A DNA stretch of 64,000 bases from contig NZ_DAOKZA010000004.1 in the NCBI RefSeq assembly GCF_035325925.1, positions 51,745 through 115,744 of the forward strand, read 5' to 3'. The stretch's first letter is position 1. Every line of letters begins with the position of its first letter. Shown here piece by piece: positions 47,479 through 55,844 of the stretch. The translations under genes and the position numbers were made by a program. The notes beneath the pieces are model-generated. The model did no database searches. It was not told the origin of the DNA and saw only the letters and a list, made by a program, of their open reading frames with translations. The stretch comes from Azohydromonas sp. GTDB taxonomy: Bacteria; Pseudomonadota; Gammaproteobacteria; Burkholderiales; Burkholderiaceae_C.

Positions 47479-48275
47479 GGCGGGCCGTCGGTGGGTGAGC
47501 GAGCGGGCGACAGGCCGACCACGGCGCCGTGCCGCAGCAGCGTCGCCAGCACGCGGGTCGTCGACGCGTCGGGGTGGGTGCGGGCGGCGGCGCCGAGCCC
47601 GTGCCCGGCGGCGAGCGCGTGCACCAGGTCGGCGTCCGCGGCGGCCAGCGGCACGACGAGCACCTCGTCGTGCGGGCGAAGCACCAGCGCGGCTTGCGGC
47701 GTGCCGAGGTCGATGCCGGCCAGCGCCGCGTCGCGCGCGGTCGCGTCGAGCTGGTGCGCGCGCCACAGCGAGACCGCCGGATGCGCACTGCGCAGCCACC
47801 GCAGCGAAGGGTGCAGCGCGAGCGCGGTGGCGTCCAGCGCGTCGGGGTCGTGCAGCCGCAGGGCCAGCGCCTGCGGGTCGATCGCGTCGGCGTCGGCCGC
47901 GTGCTGCGCCTGCCAGCGCATCCACTCCAGGCGCGCGACGTCGGGCAGGTACGGCAAGGCCGCCGCCGGCGCGAAGCCGGCGAGCCAGCCGGCGAACGCG
48001 GCGCCGTAGTCGCCCATCACCGGCGACCGCGGCGGATGCGCGTCGACGTGCTCGCGCGCCATCGCGTCGAAGAACGCGTCGCCGACCAGCGCGACGACCA
48101 CGGGGAAGGTGTCGCCCAGCACGCCGATCAGCGATGCGACGACGTTGTTGCGGTGGACCGCGAAGCGCACCGACACGTCGGAACCGTTCCACGCCACCAG
48201 ACCCGCGGGCACCGGGGCGCACGGGTCGAGCAGCGCCGCGGCGATGGCGTGCTGCGCGGGCGGCGCCGGGCGCAT
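47475..48275 (-). CDS. bufC: DUF2063 protein, partner of the MNIO enzyme (BufC-like)
   Basis: AAALLDPCAPVPAGL...RFAVHRNNVVASLIGVLGDTFPVVVALVGDAFFDAMAREH...PPRSPVMGDYG is the DUF2063 signature. Confidence 0.85.
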   Translation of the reverse strand: MRPAPPAQHAIAAALLDPCAPVPAGLVAWNGSDVSVRFAVHRNNVVASLIGVLGDTFPVVVALVGDAFFDAMAREHVDAHPPRSPVMGDYGAAFAGWLAGFAPAAALPYLPDVARLEWMRWQAQHAADADAIDPQALALRLHDPDALDATALALHPSLRWLRSAHPAVSLWRAHQLDATARDAALAGIDLGTPQAALVLRPHDEVLVVPLAAADADLVHALAAGHGLGAAARTHPDASTTRVLATLLRHGAVVGLSPARSPTDGPP

Positions 48276-48283
48276 GGTCGGCC

Positions 48284-49168
48284 TCAGGCGACGGCGGCGC
48301 GCCGCCGGTCGACGACGGCGTCGCGCTGCAGCTGCGCCGCGCGCGCGGCCTCGGCCTCGAGCCGCGCCAGCGGCGGCACGTCGTGGTCGCGCTCGATCAG
48401 CGTCGGCACCGGCCCCAGCCGCTCGATCGTGCGTGCGTACAGCGCCCACACCGCGGCGCCGACGTCCGAACCGTGGTCGTCGATCAGCAGCCGATCGCCG
48501 GCGGCGTCGCGGTCGACGGCGTGCCCGGCGAGGTGGATCTCGGCGACGGCCGCCGCGGGCAGGGCCTCGATCAGCGTCCAGGGGTCGCCGCCGTGGTTGA
48601 CGGCGCTGACGTAGGCGTTGTTCACGTCGAGCAGCAGCGCGCACCCGGTGCGGCGCACCACCTCGGCGAGCAAGCCGCCCTCGTCCATCGTCGACGCGGC
48701 GAAGCCGAGGTAGGTGCTGGGGTTCTCGAGCAGCATGCGCCGGCACAGCCGCTCCTGCACCCGGTCGACGTGGTCGCACACGCGGCGCAGCGTCGGCAGG
48801 TCGTACGGCAGCGGCAGCAGGTCGTTGAACCAGTGGCCACCGTGGCTCGACCAGGCCAGGTGCTCGCTGAACCAGCGCGGCTCGAGACGATCGAGCAGCG
48901 CGGCCAGGCGGTCCAGGTGCGCCTCGTCGAGCGGGCCCTCGCCGCCGATCGACAGGCCCACGCCGTGGACCGACAGCGGCCAGCGTTCGCGCAAGCGCAG
49001 CAGGTCGCGCCGCCACGGCCCGCCGTCGGCCATGCAGTTCTCGGCGTGCACCTCGAAGAACGGCGCGGCGCGGATGGCCGGCTCGCGGTCGGGCTGCAGC
49101 AGTTCGCGCAGGTGCATCGGCTTCAGGCCGATGCCGCACAGGATCGACGCGGGTTCGTCCATCGGCAC
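48284..49168 (-). CDS. bufB: DUF692 multinuclear non-heme iron oxidative enzyme (MNIO; BufB/MbnB-like)
   Basis: GIGLKPMHLRELL, FFEVHAEN, SVHGVGLSIGG, WFSEHLAW, LLENPSTY, LLLDVNNAYVS, EIHLAGH and LIERD are all present as TIM-barrel metal-ligand blocks. Confidence 0.92.
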   Translation of the reverse strand: MPMDEPASILCGIGLKPMHLRELLQPDREPAIRAAPFFEVHAENCMADGGPWRRDLLRLRERWPLSVHGVGLSIGGEGPLDEAHLDRLAALLDRLEPRWFSEHLAWSSHGGHWFNDLLPLPYDLPTLRRVCDHVDRVQERLCRRMLLENPSTYLGFAASTMDEGGLLAEVVRRTGCALLLDVNNAYVSAVNHGGDPWTLIEALPAAAVAEIHLAGHAVDRDAAGDRLLIDDHGSDVGAAVWALYARTIERLGPVPTLIERDHDVPPLARLEAEAARAAQLQRDAVVDRRRAAVA

Positions 49169-49196
49169 GACGGGCGACGGCGGGCGCGTGGCGTGC

Positions 49197-49508
49197 TCAG
49201 GCCTGCTTCTCCTTGAACGCCTGCAGCTGGCCGAAGCCGGTCGACGAGGTCGTGCTGTCGGTCTTCTCGCAGGTTCCCTTGGGCACCAGCTTCCAGGCGT
49301 TGCCCTGGTGGTCGCGCGTGCTGGTGCCGGCGCACGTGGTGCCGGGCCCCGCGGCGCAGTCGTTCTTGCCCTTCAGGGCCACGCCGTAGCACTTCTCGGT
49401 GTCGGCCGACGGCGCCTGCGCCTGTGCGGACGCCTGCGCCAGCGACAGCGCGGTGCCGATGGCCAGCGCGAGCGCGGCGGTGTGGGCGGCGGTGGGGTGA
49501 GCATGCAT
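49197..49508 (-). CDS. bufA: DUF2282 secreted Cys-containing peptide: bufferin-type RiPP precursor
   Basis: ATG at 49508 is preceded by AAGGAGA. The Sec signal is [30 protein letters not shown]. The core [45 protein letters not shown] carries 4 Cys in the DUF2282 pattern. Confidence 0.88.
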   Translation of the reverse strand: MHAHPTAAHTAALALAIGTALSLAQASAQAQAPSADTEKCYGVALKGKNDCAAGPGTTCAGTSTRDHQGNAWKLVPKGTCEKTDSTTSSTGFGQLQAFKEKQA

Positions 49509-49604
49509 GCGGGTCTCTCCTTGCGGTGCGTCGAGGGGTCGTGGTCGCGTCGGTGCGGGCAGGGGGCCCTTCACCGGGGCGCCGGTGGTGGCTCCCACCG
49601 GCGA

Positions 49605-49630
49605 TTCGTCGCCACGCAGGCCCGCGTTAC
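49605..49630 (-). promoter_or_regulatory. ECF-type promoter motif GTAACG-N16-CGAA upstream of bufA
   Basis: The minus strand reads TGTAACG cgggcctgcgtggcga CGAA, about 97 nt upstream of the bufA ATG. Confidence 0.5.
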
Positions 49631-49668
49631 AGTGACTTCGCCATGGGTTTTCCCGGGGCGTCGGCGAT

Positions 49669-49694
49669 GTAACCGGCGCCGCCCCGGCGGCGAA
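49669..49694 (+). promoter_or_regulatory. ECF-type promoter motif GTAACC-N16-CGAA upstream of the radical-SAM gene
   Basis: The plus strand reads TGTAACC ggcgccgccccggcgg CGAA, ending 47 nt upstream of the ATG at 49742. Confidence 0.5.
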
Positions 49695-49741
49695 CCTCAT
49701 CGGCACGCCTGCCACCCACGCCCTGCGACCGCCACCCCGAC

Positions 49742-50743
49742 ATGCACGACACGCTGCCGCTGCTCGCCGACACCGACTTCCCGCCGCTGCGCCGGCGTCG
49801 CCTCGACACGCTACAGGTCAACCTGGGCTACCGCTGCAACCAGCGCTGCCTGCACTGTCACGTCGACGCCGGGCCGAACCGCACCGAGGCGATGGACGCC
49901 GCGACGGTCGACCTGCTGCTCGAGGTGCTGCGCGCCCGCCGCGTGGCCACGCTGGACCTCACCGGCGGTGCGCCCGAGCTGAACCCGCAGTTCCGCCGCC
50001 TGACGGCGTCGGCGCGCGCGCTCGGCGTGCGCGTGATCGACCGCTGCAACCTGACCATCCTGTCCGAGCCCGGGCAGGAGGACCTGGCGGGGTTCCTCGC
50101 GGCGCACGGCGTGGAGGTCACCGCGTCGCTGCCTTGCTATTCACCGGCCAACGTCGACCGCCAGCGCGGCGACGGCGTGTTCGGGCGCAGCATCGCGGGG
50201 CTGCGCCGGCTCAACGCGCTCGGCTACGGCGACGGCGGTGCGCTCGTGCTGAACCTCGTCTACAACCCGCAGGGCCCGTCGCTGCCGCCGCCGCAGGCGG
50301 CGCTCGAGGCCGACTACAAGCGCGAGCTGATGGCGCACTTCGGCATCCGCTTCGACCGCCTGTTCGCGCTGGCCAACATGCCGATCCGGCGCTTCGGCAG
50401 CACGCTCGTCAGCAAGGGCACGTTCGCCGCTTACATGGCGCTGCTGCGCAGCGCGCATCGCGACGACAACCTCGACACCGTGATGTGCCGCGAACTGGTC
50501 AGCGTTGACTGGCGCGGTGACCTGTACGACTGCGACTTCAACCAGATGCTCGGGCTGCCCGCGCGCCTGGCCGGGCGGCCGCGCGCGCACCTGCGCGACC
50601 TGCTGCGCCACGACCCGGCCGGCGAGGCGATCCGCGTGGCCGACCACTGCTACGGCTGCACCGCCGGCCAGGGCAGCAGCTGCGGCGGGGCGCGGGGGGG
50701 GGGGGTGCAACCGGCCGAGGCGCCGCCCGCCGGGGCGGCGTGA
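49742..50743 (+). CDS. arsS: Radical SAM/Cys-rich-domain protein (ArsS-like family)
   Basis: The radical-SAM motif CNQRCLHCH is present, with a C-terminal Cys-rich tail [15 protein letters not shown]. The family is named for arsenosugar biosynthesis in cyanobacteria. No arsM is present here, so the function is probably different. Confidence 0.9.
   Translation: MHDTLPLLADTDFPPLRRRRLDTLQVNLGYRCNQRCLHCHVDAGPNRTEAMDAATVDLLLEVLRARRVATLDLTGGAPELNPQFRRLTASARALGVRVIDRCNLTILSEPGQEDLAGFLAAHGVEVTASLPCYSPANVDRQRGDGVFGRSIAGLRRLNALGYGDGGALVLNLVYNPQGPSLPPPQAALEADYKRELMAHFGIRFDRLFALANMPIRRFGSTLVSKGTFAAYMALLRSAHRDDNLDTVMCRELVSVDWRGDLYDCDFNQMLGLPARLAGRPRAHLRDLLRHDPAGEAIRVADHCYGCTAGQGSSCGGARGGGVQPAEAPPAGAA
50694..50705. 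repeat. Homopolymeric G12 tract inside the last 17 codons of the radical-SAM gene
   Basis: Read directly: cgc + 12 g + tgcaacc, encoding ..RGGGV.. It ends 35 nt before the start of the overlapping downstream gene. Confidence 0.9.
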
Positions 50744-52908
50744 TGGCCGCGCGGTCGCGCCGCGCGCTGTGGCTCGGGGCCGGCGCCGCCGCGATCGCCG
50801 CCGCCTGGGCCTACCTGCACTTCGACCTCGGCGCGCTGCTCACGTTCGAGCAGCTCAAGGCCAGCCGCGACGCGCTGGTCGGCGCGTACCAGGCGCGCCC
50901 GGCCGCGACGCTGGCGGCGTTCTTCGCGGTCTACGTGGCGGCCACGGCGCTGTCGATCCCCGGCGCGCTGGTGCTGACGCTGGCCGCCGGCGCGATGTTC
51001 GGGCTGGGTGTGGGGCTGGTGGTGGTCAGCTTCGCGTCCAGCCTGGGCGCGCTGCTGGCGTTCCTGGTCGCGCGCCACCTGCTGCGCGACGCGGTGCAGT
51101 CGCGCTTCGGCGCGTCGCTGGCACCGATCAACGACGGCGTGCGACGCGACGGTGCGCTGTACCTGCTGACGCTGCGCCTGGTGCCGGTGTTCCCGTTCTG
51201 GCTGATCAACCTGCTGATGGGGCTGACGCCGATCACCGCGCTGCGCTACTACGTGGTCAGCCAGCTCGGCATGCTGCCGGGCACCGCGGTGTACGTGAAC
51301 GCCGGCACGCAGCTGGCGTCGATCGCGTCGGCGCGCGACATCCTGTCGCCGGCGCTGCTGGGCAGCTTCGTGCTGCTGGGGCTGTTCCCCTTCGTCGCCC
51401 GGGCGGGCGTCGGCTGGCTGCAGCAACGCAAGGTCTATGCGAAGTGGCCGCGGCCGAAGCGCTTCGAGCGCGACCTGGTGGTCATCGGCGCCGGCGCCGG
51501 CGGGCTGGTGTCGGCCTACATCGGCGCGGCCGTGAGGGCCGAGGTGACCCTGGTCGAGGGCCACCGCATGGGAGGCGACTGCCTGAACACCGGCTGCGTG
51601 CCGAGCAAGGCGCTGATCCGCTCGGCCAGGCTGGCGCGGCAGCTGCGCGACGCCGCCTCGCTGGGCCTGAAGGACGTGCAAGGCGAGGTCGACTTCGCCG
51701 CGGTGATGCAGCGCGTGCAGCGCGTGATCGGCGACATCGCGCCGCACGACTCGGTCGAGCGCTACGCCGGCCTGGGCGTCGAGGTGCTGCAGGGCCACGC
51801 GCGCATCACCAGCCCGTGGACGGTGCAGGTGCGGCTGCACGACGGCGGCACGCGCACGCTGACCACGCGCAGCATCGTCGTCGCCGCCGGCGCCGCCCCC
51901 TTCGTGCCGCCGATCCCGGGGCTGCGCGAGGCCGGCTGCCTGACCAGCGAGACGCTGTGGGGCCTGCGCGTGCTGCCGAGGCGACTGCTGGTGCTCGGCG
52001 GCGGGCCGATCGGCTGCGAGCTGGCGCAGGCCTTCGCGCGGCTCGGATCGCAGGTCACGCAGGTCGAGATGGCGCCGCGCCTGCTCGGGCGCGAGGACCC
52101 CGAGGTGTCGCAACGGGTGGCCGCCGCGCTGCGCGACGACGGCGTGGCGGTGCTCACCGGCCACGAGGCGGTGCGCGTCGAGGTGGTCGACGGCGAGAAG
52201 CGGCTCGTCGCGCGGCACGAAGGCCGGCAGGTCGTGGTCGCGTACGACGAACTGCTGTGCGCGGTCGGACGCAGCCCGCGCGTGAGCGGCTACGGGCTCG
52301 AGGCGCTGGGCATCGCGCCGGCGCCGGGGAAGGCGATCGAGACCGACGCCTGGCTGCGCACGCGCGTCCCGAACGTCTACGCGGTGGGCGACGTCGCGGG
52401 CCCGTTGCAGTTCACGCACGTCGCCGCACACCAGGCGTGGTACGCCGCGGTCAACGCGCTGTTCGGGCGCTTCGGGCGTTTCAGGGTCGACTACCGCGTG
52501 ATCCCGTGGACGACGTTCACCGACCCGGAGGTCGCGCGCGTGGGCCTGTCGGAGGCCGAGGCGCGCGAGCAGGGCATCGCCGTCGAGGTGACGCGCTACG
52601 GCATCGACGACCTCGACCGTGCGATCGTCGACGGCACCGCGCACGGCTTCGTCAAGGTGCTGACGGTGCCGGGCAAGGACCGCATCCTCGGCGTGACCAT
52701 CGTCGGCGAACACGCCGGCGACCTGCTGGCCGAGTACGTGCTGGCGATGAAACACGGCCTGGGGCTGAACAAGATCCTGGGCACGATCCACACCTACCCG
52801 ACGCTGGCCGAGGCGAACAAGCACGCCGCCGGCGCGTGGAAGCGCGCGCACGCGCCGCAGAAGCTGCTGGACTGGGTGGCGCGTTATCACGCGTGGGAGC
52901 GGGGCTGA
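50740..52908 (+). CDS. Fusion: DedA/TVP38-type membrane domain plus class I pyridine-nucleotide-disulfide oxidoreductase (mercuric-reductase/lipoamide-dehydrogenase-like)
   Basis: The N-terminal ~230 aa are polytopic (LRLVPVFPFWLINLLMG). They are followed by DLVVIGAGAGG, the redox-active GGDCLNTGCVPSK, and the C-terminal HTYPTLAE dyad. The start overlaps the arsS-like stop (GTGA, or ATG at 50743). Confidence 0.9.
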   Translation: MMAARSRRALWLGAGAAAIAAAWAYLHFDLGALLTFEQLKASRDALVGAYQARPAATLAAFFAVYVAATALSIPGALVLTLAAGAMFGLGVGLVVVSFASSLGALLAFLVARHLLRDAVQSRFGASLAPINDGVRRDGALYLLTLRLVPVFPFWLINLLMGLTPITALRYYVVSQLGMLPGTAVYVNAGTQLASIASARDILSPALLGSFVLLGLFPFVARAGVGWLQQRKVYAKWPRPKRFERDLVVIGAGAGGLVSAYIGAAVRAEVTLVEGHRMGGDCLNTGCVPSKALIRSARLARQLRDAASLGLKDVQGEVDFAAVMQRVQRVIGDIAPHDSVERYAGLGVEVLQGHARITSPWTVQVRLHDGGTRTLTTRSIVVAAGAAPFVPPIPGLREAGCLTSETLWGLRVLPRRLLVLGGGPIGCELAQAFARLGSQVTQVEMAPRLLGREDPEVSQRVAAALRDDGVAVLTGHEAVRVEVVDGEKRLVARHEGRQVVVAYDELLCAVGRSPRVSGYGLEALGIAPAPGKAIETDAWLRTRVPNVYAVGDVAGPLQFTHVAAHQAWYAAVNALFGRFGRFRVDYRVIPWTTFTDPEVARVGLSEAEAREQGIAVEVTRYGIDDLDRAIVDGTAHGFVKVLTVPGKDRILGVTIVGEHAGDLLAEYVLAMKHGLGLNKILGTIHTYPTLAEANKHAAGAWKRAHAPQKLLDWVARYHAWERG

Positions 52909-52935
52909 ACGCGATCGCGCGCAGCGCCGCCCCGC

Positions 52936-53661
52936 TCAGCCGCGCCACACGCCCAGCTCGACGAGCTGTCGCGTCGCCGCGTCGGCCCAGCCGCGGTTGG
53001 CCGCGGGGCTGGCCGGGCTGGGGTGCAGCATGCGGCCGATGCGCAGCCCGCGCACGTCGGCCAGCGCCGCTGCGGCGCGCGCGTGCGCCCACTGGCCGAC
53101 GCCGACCACCCACTCGGGCGCCAGCGCGTCGACCAGCGCACGCAGGTGCGCGTCGCACGCGGCGAGCAGCGGGCGCTGCTCGGCCGCGGGCAGCTTGTCG
53201 GGCGTGAGGTTGCGCGCGCCGACGAAGAACACCAGCGGGCAGTAGTTGGCAACGAAGTGCCCGGCGAAGAAGGCCTGCGGCGTGCCGAAGCGCGCGCGGA
53301 ACAGCCCCCACAGCCGCTGGCCGCTGACTTCGGCGCGCGGGCAGTCGAAGCCCATCACCGGGCGCTTCGGGTGGGGCCTGCGCGGCTGGCCGACGGGGCC
53401 CGCGAGCGCGAGCCAGTCACGCACCGCGGCCACCTCGCCGAACGGCACGCCGGTCTGCGCCATGCCGAACGGGCCCGGGTTCATGCCGACGAAGAGCACG
53501 CGGCGGCGGCCGTCGCCGTAGCGCTCGAGGTAGCGGCGGTGCACGTCCCACGCGTAGTCGAGCGGGTTGAGCACGTGCGTCACCGGCGCCGCGAAGCGCA
53601 GGCGGTCGACCGCGTGCGACAGCCGGTGCGCCGCGTCGACCAGTGCGGCGGCCGTCGTCAC
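52936..53661 (-). CDS. Family-3 (SMUG1-type) uracil-DNA glycosylase
   Basis: GMNPGPFGMAQTGVPFG and LHPSPASP are the two SMUG-type catalytic motifs. The start is GTG. Confidence 0.85.
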   Translation of the reverse strand: MTTAAALVDAAHRLSHAVDRLRFAAPVTHVLNPLDYAWDVHRRYLERYGDGRRRVLFVGMNPGPFGMAQTGVPFGEVAAVRDWLALAGPVGQPRRPHPKRPVMGFDCPRAEVSGQRLWGLFRARFGTPQAFFAGHFVANYCPLVFFVGARNLTPDKLPAAEQRPLLAACDAHLRALVDALAPEWVVGVGQWAHARAAAALADVRGLRIGRMLHPSPASPAANRGWADAATRQLVELGVWRG

Positions 53662-53864
53662 TGGTCGCTGCGCGCCGCGACGACGGCGAACGCACCGGCG
53701 CCGCAGCCCGGGCGCACCGGTTCGATGTCGCGCACCGCGGCCACGGTGCCGGTCAGCGTCTGCGCGGGCATCGCCGGCAGTCCGCTGGCGCAGGCCGCGC
53801 CGTGGCGGCCGAACCAGGCCTCGCAGCGGTCGGTGTGGCGTTCGAACGGTTCGGCCAGCGGCAT
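53658..53864 (-). CDS. Doubtful short ORF, possibly the remnant of a SAM-methyltransferase N-terminus
   Basis: MPLAEPFERHTDRCEAWFGRHGAACASGL... faintly resembles the Y/FDAWFERH start of small class I methyltransferases, but the glycine-rich motif is degenerate. It overlaps both neighbouring genes. Confidence 0.25.
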   Translation of the reverse strand: MPLAEPFERHTDRCEAWFGRHGAACASGLPAMPAQTLTGTVAAVRDIEPVRPGCGAGAFAVVAARSDQ

Positions 53865-53925
53865 CGCGGCGCCTCGACGCACGGCGCGCGCCGTGCCGCG
53901 CCTCGACGCATGGTACGCCGGCGCG

Positions 53926-55056
53926 TCAGCGGTACGCACGCAGGTAGTGCCACTCGAACAGCCGCTTGGCCCAGTGCAGCAGGCGCGACGGCGGCAGCAG
54001 CACGTTGCGGCGTTCGCTGCGGTAGACCAGCGTGCCGCGGTCGAGCGCGTCGACGATGCACACCAGCTCGACCTTGAAGGTGGCGCGGCAGTCGTCGCCC
54101 GCCAGGTCGCCGAGCAGGTTCGCGGCCGCGGCCGCGGCCTGCAGGTCGGCCATGTGCGCCTGCTTGGGCATCCAGTCGGGCCCGGGGAAGCTGCCCGAGT
54201 CGCCGACCACGTACACGCGCGGCCAGCCGGGCACGCGGCAGTGTGCGTCGGCCTGCACCAGCCCGCCCGGCGAGCGCGGCAGGTCGGTGGCGTCGAACCA
54301 GGCGTTGCCGGTCATGCCCGGCATGAACAGGATCAGGTCGGCGGCGAAGCCGCCGCCTGCGGTGGTCACGCGGTCGGCGTCGAGGCGTTCGAGCTTGTGC
54401 CCCAGGTGGGTGCGGATGCCGCGCCGCGCCATCTCGGCCAGCAGGTGCGCCACCGCCTTCGGGCCCAGGCGGTTGCCCGGCTCGGCGGCGGGGCTGAAGA
54501 ACACCAGCTCGAAGCGCTCGCGCCGGCCTTCGCGTCGCAGCTGGCGGTCGATGCCGAACAGGAACTCGAACATCGGCCCGCCGCGCACCGCGCTGGGCTC
54601 GTTCGGGTTGCCGGCGAAGCCCACCGCGATCGTGCCGCCGTTCATCGCCGCGAGCCGGTCGCGGATGCGCTCGGCGCTGGCCACGCCTTCGCACGGCGTG
54701 ATCGCGTGTTCGATGCCCGGCAGCTTCCTCAGGAAGCGTCCGCCGGTGGCGATGACGAGCGCGTCGTTGGCGACGTCGCCGGCGCTGGTGTGCACGACGC
54801 GGCCGCGGTCGGCCAGCCCCGTGGCCTCGGCGGCGACGAAGCGCACGCGATGGCGGCGCAGGAAGCGCTGCAGCGGCACCACCAGCTGCTCGCGCCGGCG
54901 CAGCCCGCTGGGGATCCAGATGATGCCCGGCAGGTAGTGCAGCTCGGCGCGCGGCGCCACCAGCGTGATCTCGGCGTCGCGGTCGCGCCGGCGCAGCGCG
55001 CGCACCGTCGACAGCGCCGCGAAGCCCGCGCCGAGCACGGTGATGCGCGCGGTCAT
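53926..55056 (-). CDS. NAD(P)/FAD-dependent oxidoreductase (NDH-2 / sulfide:quinone-reductase-like fold)
   Basis: The N-terminal dinucleotide fold is ITVLGAGFAALSTVRAL, and a second one is present (GGTIAVGFAG). The stretch YVVGDSG is also present. Confidence 0.88.
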   Translation of the reverse strand: MTARITVLGAGFAALSTVRALRRRDRDAEITLVAPRAELHYLPGIIWIPSGLRRREQLVVPLQRFLRRHRVRFVAAEATGLADRGRVVHTSAGDVANDALVIATGGRFLRKLPGIEHAITPCEGVASAERIRDRLAAMNGGTIAVGFAGNPNEPSAVRGGPMFEFLFGIDRQLRREGRRERFELVFFSPAAEPGNRLGPKAVAHLLAEMARRGIRTHLGHKLERLDADRVTTAGGGFAADLILFMPGMTGNAWFDATDLPRSPGGLVQADAHCRVPGWPRVYVVGDSGSFPGPDWMPKQAHMADLQAAAAAANLLGDLAGDDCRATFKVELVCIVDALDRGTLVYRSERRNVLLPPSRLLHWAKRLFEWHYLRAYR

Positions 55057-55105
55057 GGCCGCTGCGCGTCGCGCACCGGGTGAGGCTGCGATGGCGGGCG
55101 GTTCG

Positions 55106-55729
55106 TCACGCGGCCGCCGCGTCGTCGTCGCCGATCAGCAGCCGGCTGGCGCCCACATAGCGGTGCGGCGGGACCTCGAGGTTGGTCGGCGCGGGCTTGT
55201 TCTTGTACACGCGCCCGGCGCCGTCGAAGGTCGATCCGTGGCACGGGCAGAAGAAGCCGCCGGGCCAGTCGGCACCGACGCCGGGGTTGGCGCTGCCGGC
55301 GGGCACCGCGGTGGGCGAGCAGCCCAGGTGCGTGCAGATGCCCACCGCGACGAACACGTCGGGCTCGATCGAGCGCGTGGCGTTGCGCGCGTACTCGGGC
55401 TGCTGCGGCCGCGCCGACCGCGGGTCGGCGAGTTCGGGGTCGGCCCGCTCGACGGCGGCGATCATCTCGGGCGTGCGGCGCACGATCCACACCGGCTTGC
55501 CGCGCCACTCGACGGTCTTCATGCCGCCGGGCGGGATGTCGGCGATGTCGACCTCGACCGACGCGCCCAGCGCCTTGGCGCGCTCGCTGGGCGTGAACGT
55601 CGCGACGAAGGGCACCGCGGTGCCGACGGCGGCGACGCCGCCGGCCGCGCCGGTGGCGAGCAGCCACGTGCGCCGGTCGGGGTCCATCGGGCCCGGCGGG
55701 GCCGGGTTCGGCAGGGCATGGCTGCTCAT
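55106..55729 (-). CDS. petA: Rieske iron-sulfur subunit of ubiquinol-cytochrome c reductase type (PetA-like), without petB/petC
   Basis: A Tat-like signal is present (DRRTWLLATGAAGGVAAVG), together with VEWRGKPVWIVRRTPE and the Rieske boxes CTHLGC and CPCHGS. Confidence 0.9.
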   Translation of the reverse strand: MSSHALPNPAPPGPMDPDRRTWLLATGAAGGVAAVGTAVPFVATFTPSERAKALGASVEVDIADIPPGGMKTVEWRGKPVWIVRRTPEMIAAVERADPELADPRSARPQQPEYARNATRSIEPDVFVAVGICTHLGCSPTAVPAGSANPGVGADWPGGFFCPCHGSTFDGAGRVYKNKPAPTNLEVPPHRYVGASRLLIGDDDAAAA

Positions 55730-55844
55730 CGTCGCTCCTCGGGGCACGTTGCGTGCGTCGTTCGTCTTTATACCACGTGGGGTATAGAAGACCTCACCCC
55801 CTGCCGCGATGCAGGTTGATCGGCGCAGCGCCACAATCGCCCGC

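Noticed and set aside
55761-55786. A fourth ECF promoter (TATACC-N16-CGAA on the minus strand upstream of the petA-like gene)
   Set aside because: The -35 element differs from GTAAC(C/G) at three of six positions. Only the CGAA and the spacing match, which is not enough to call it.
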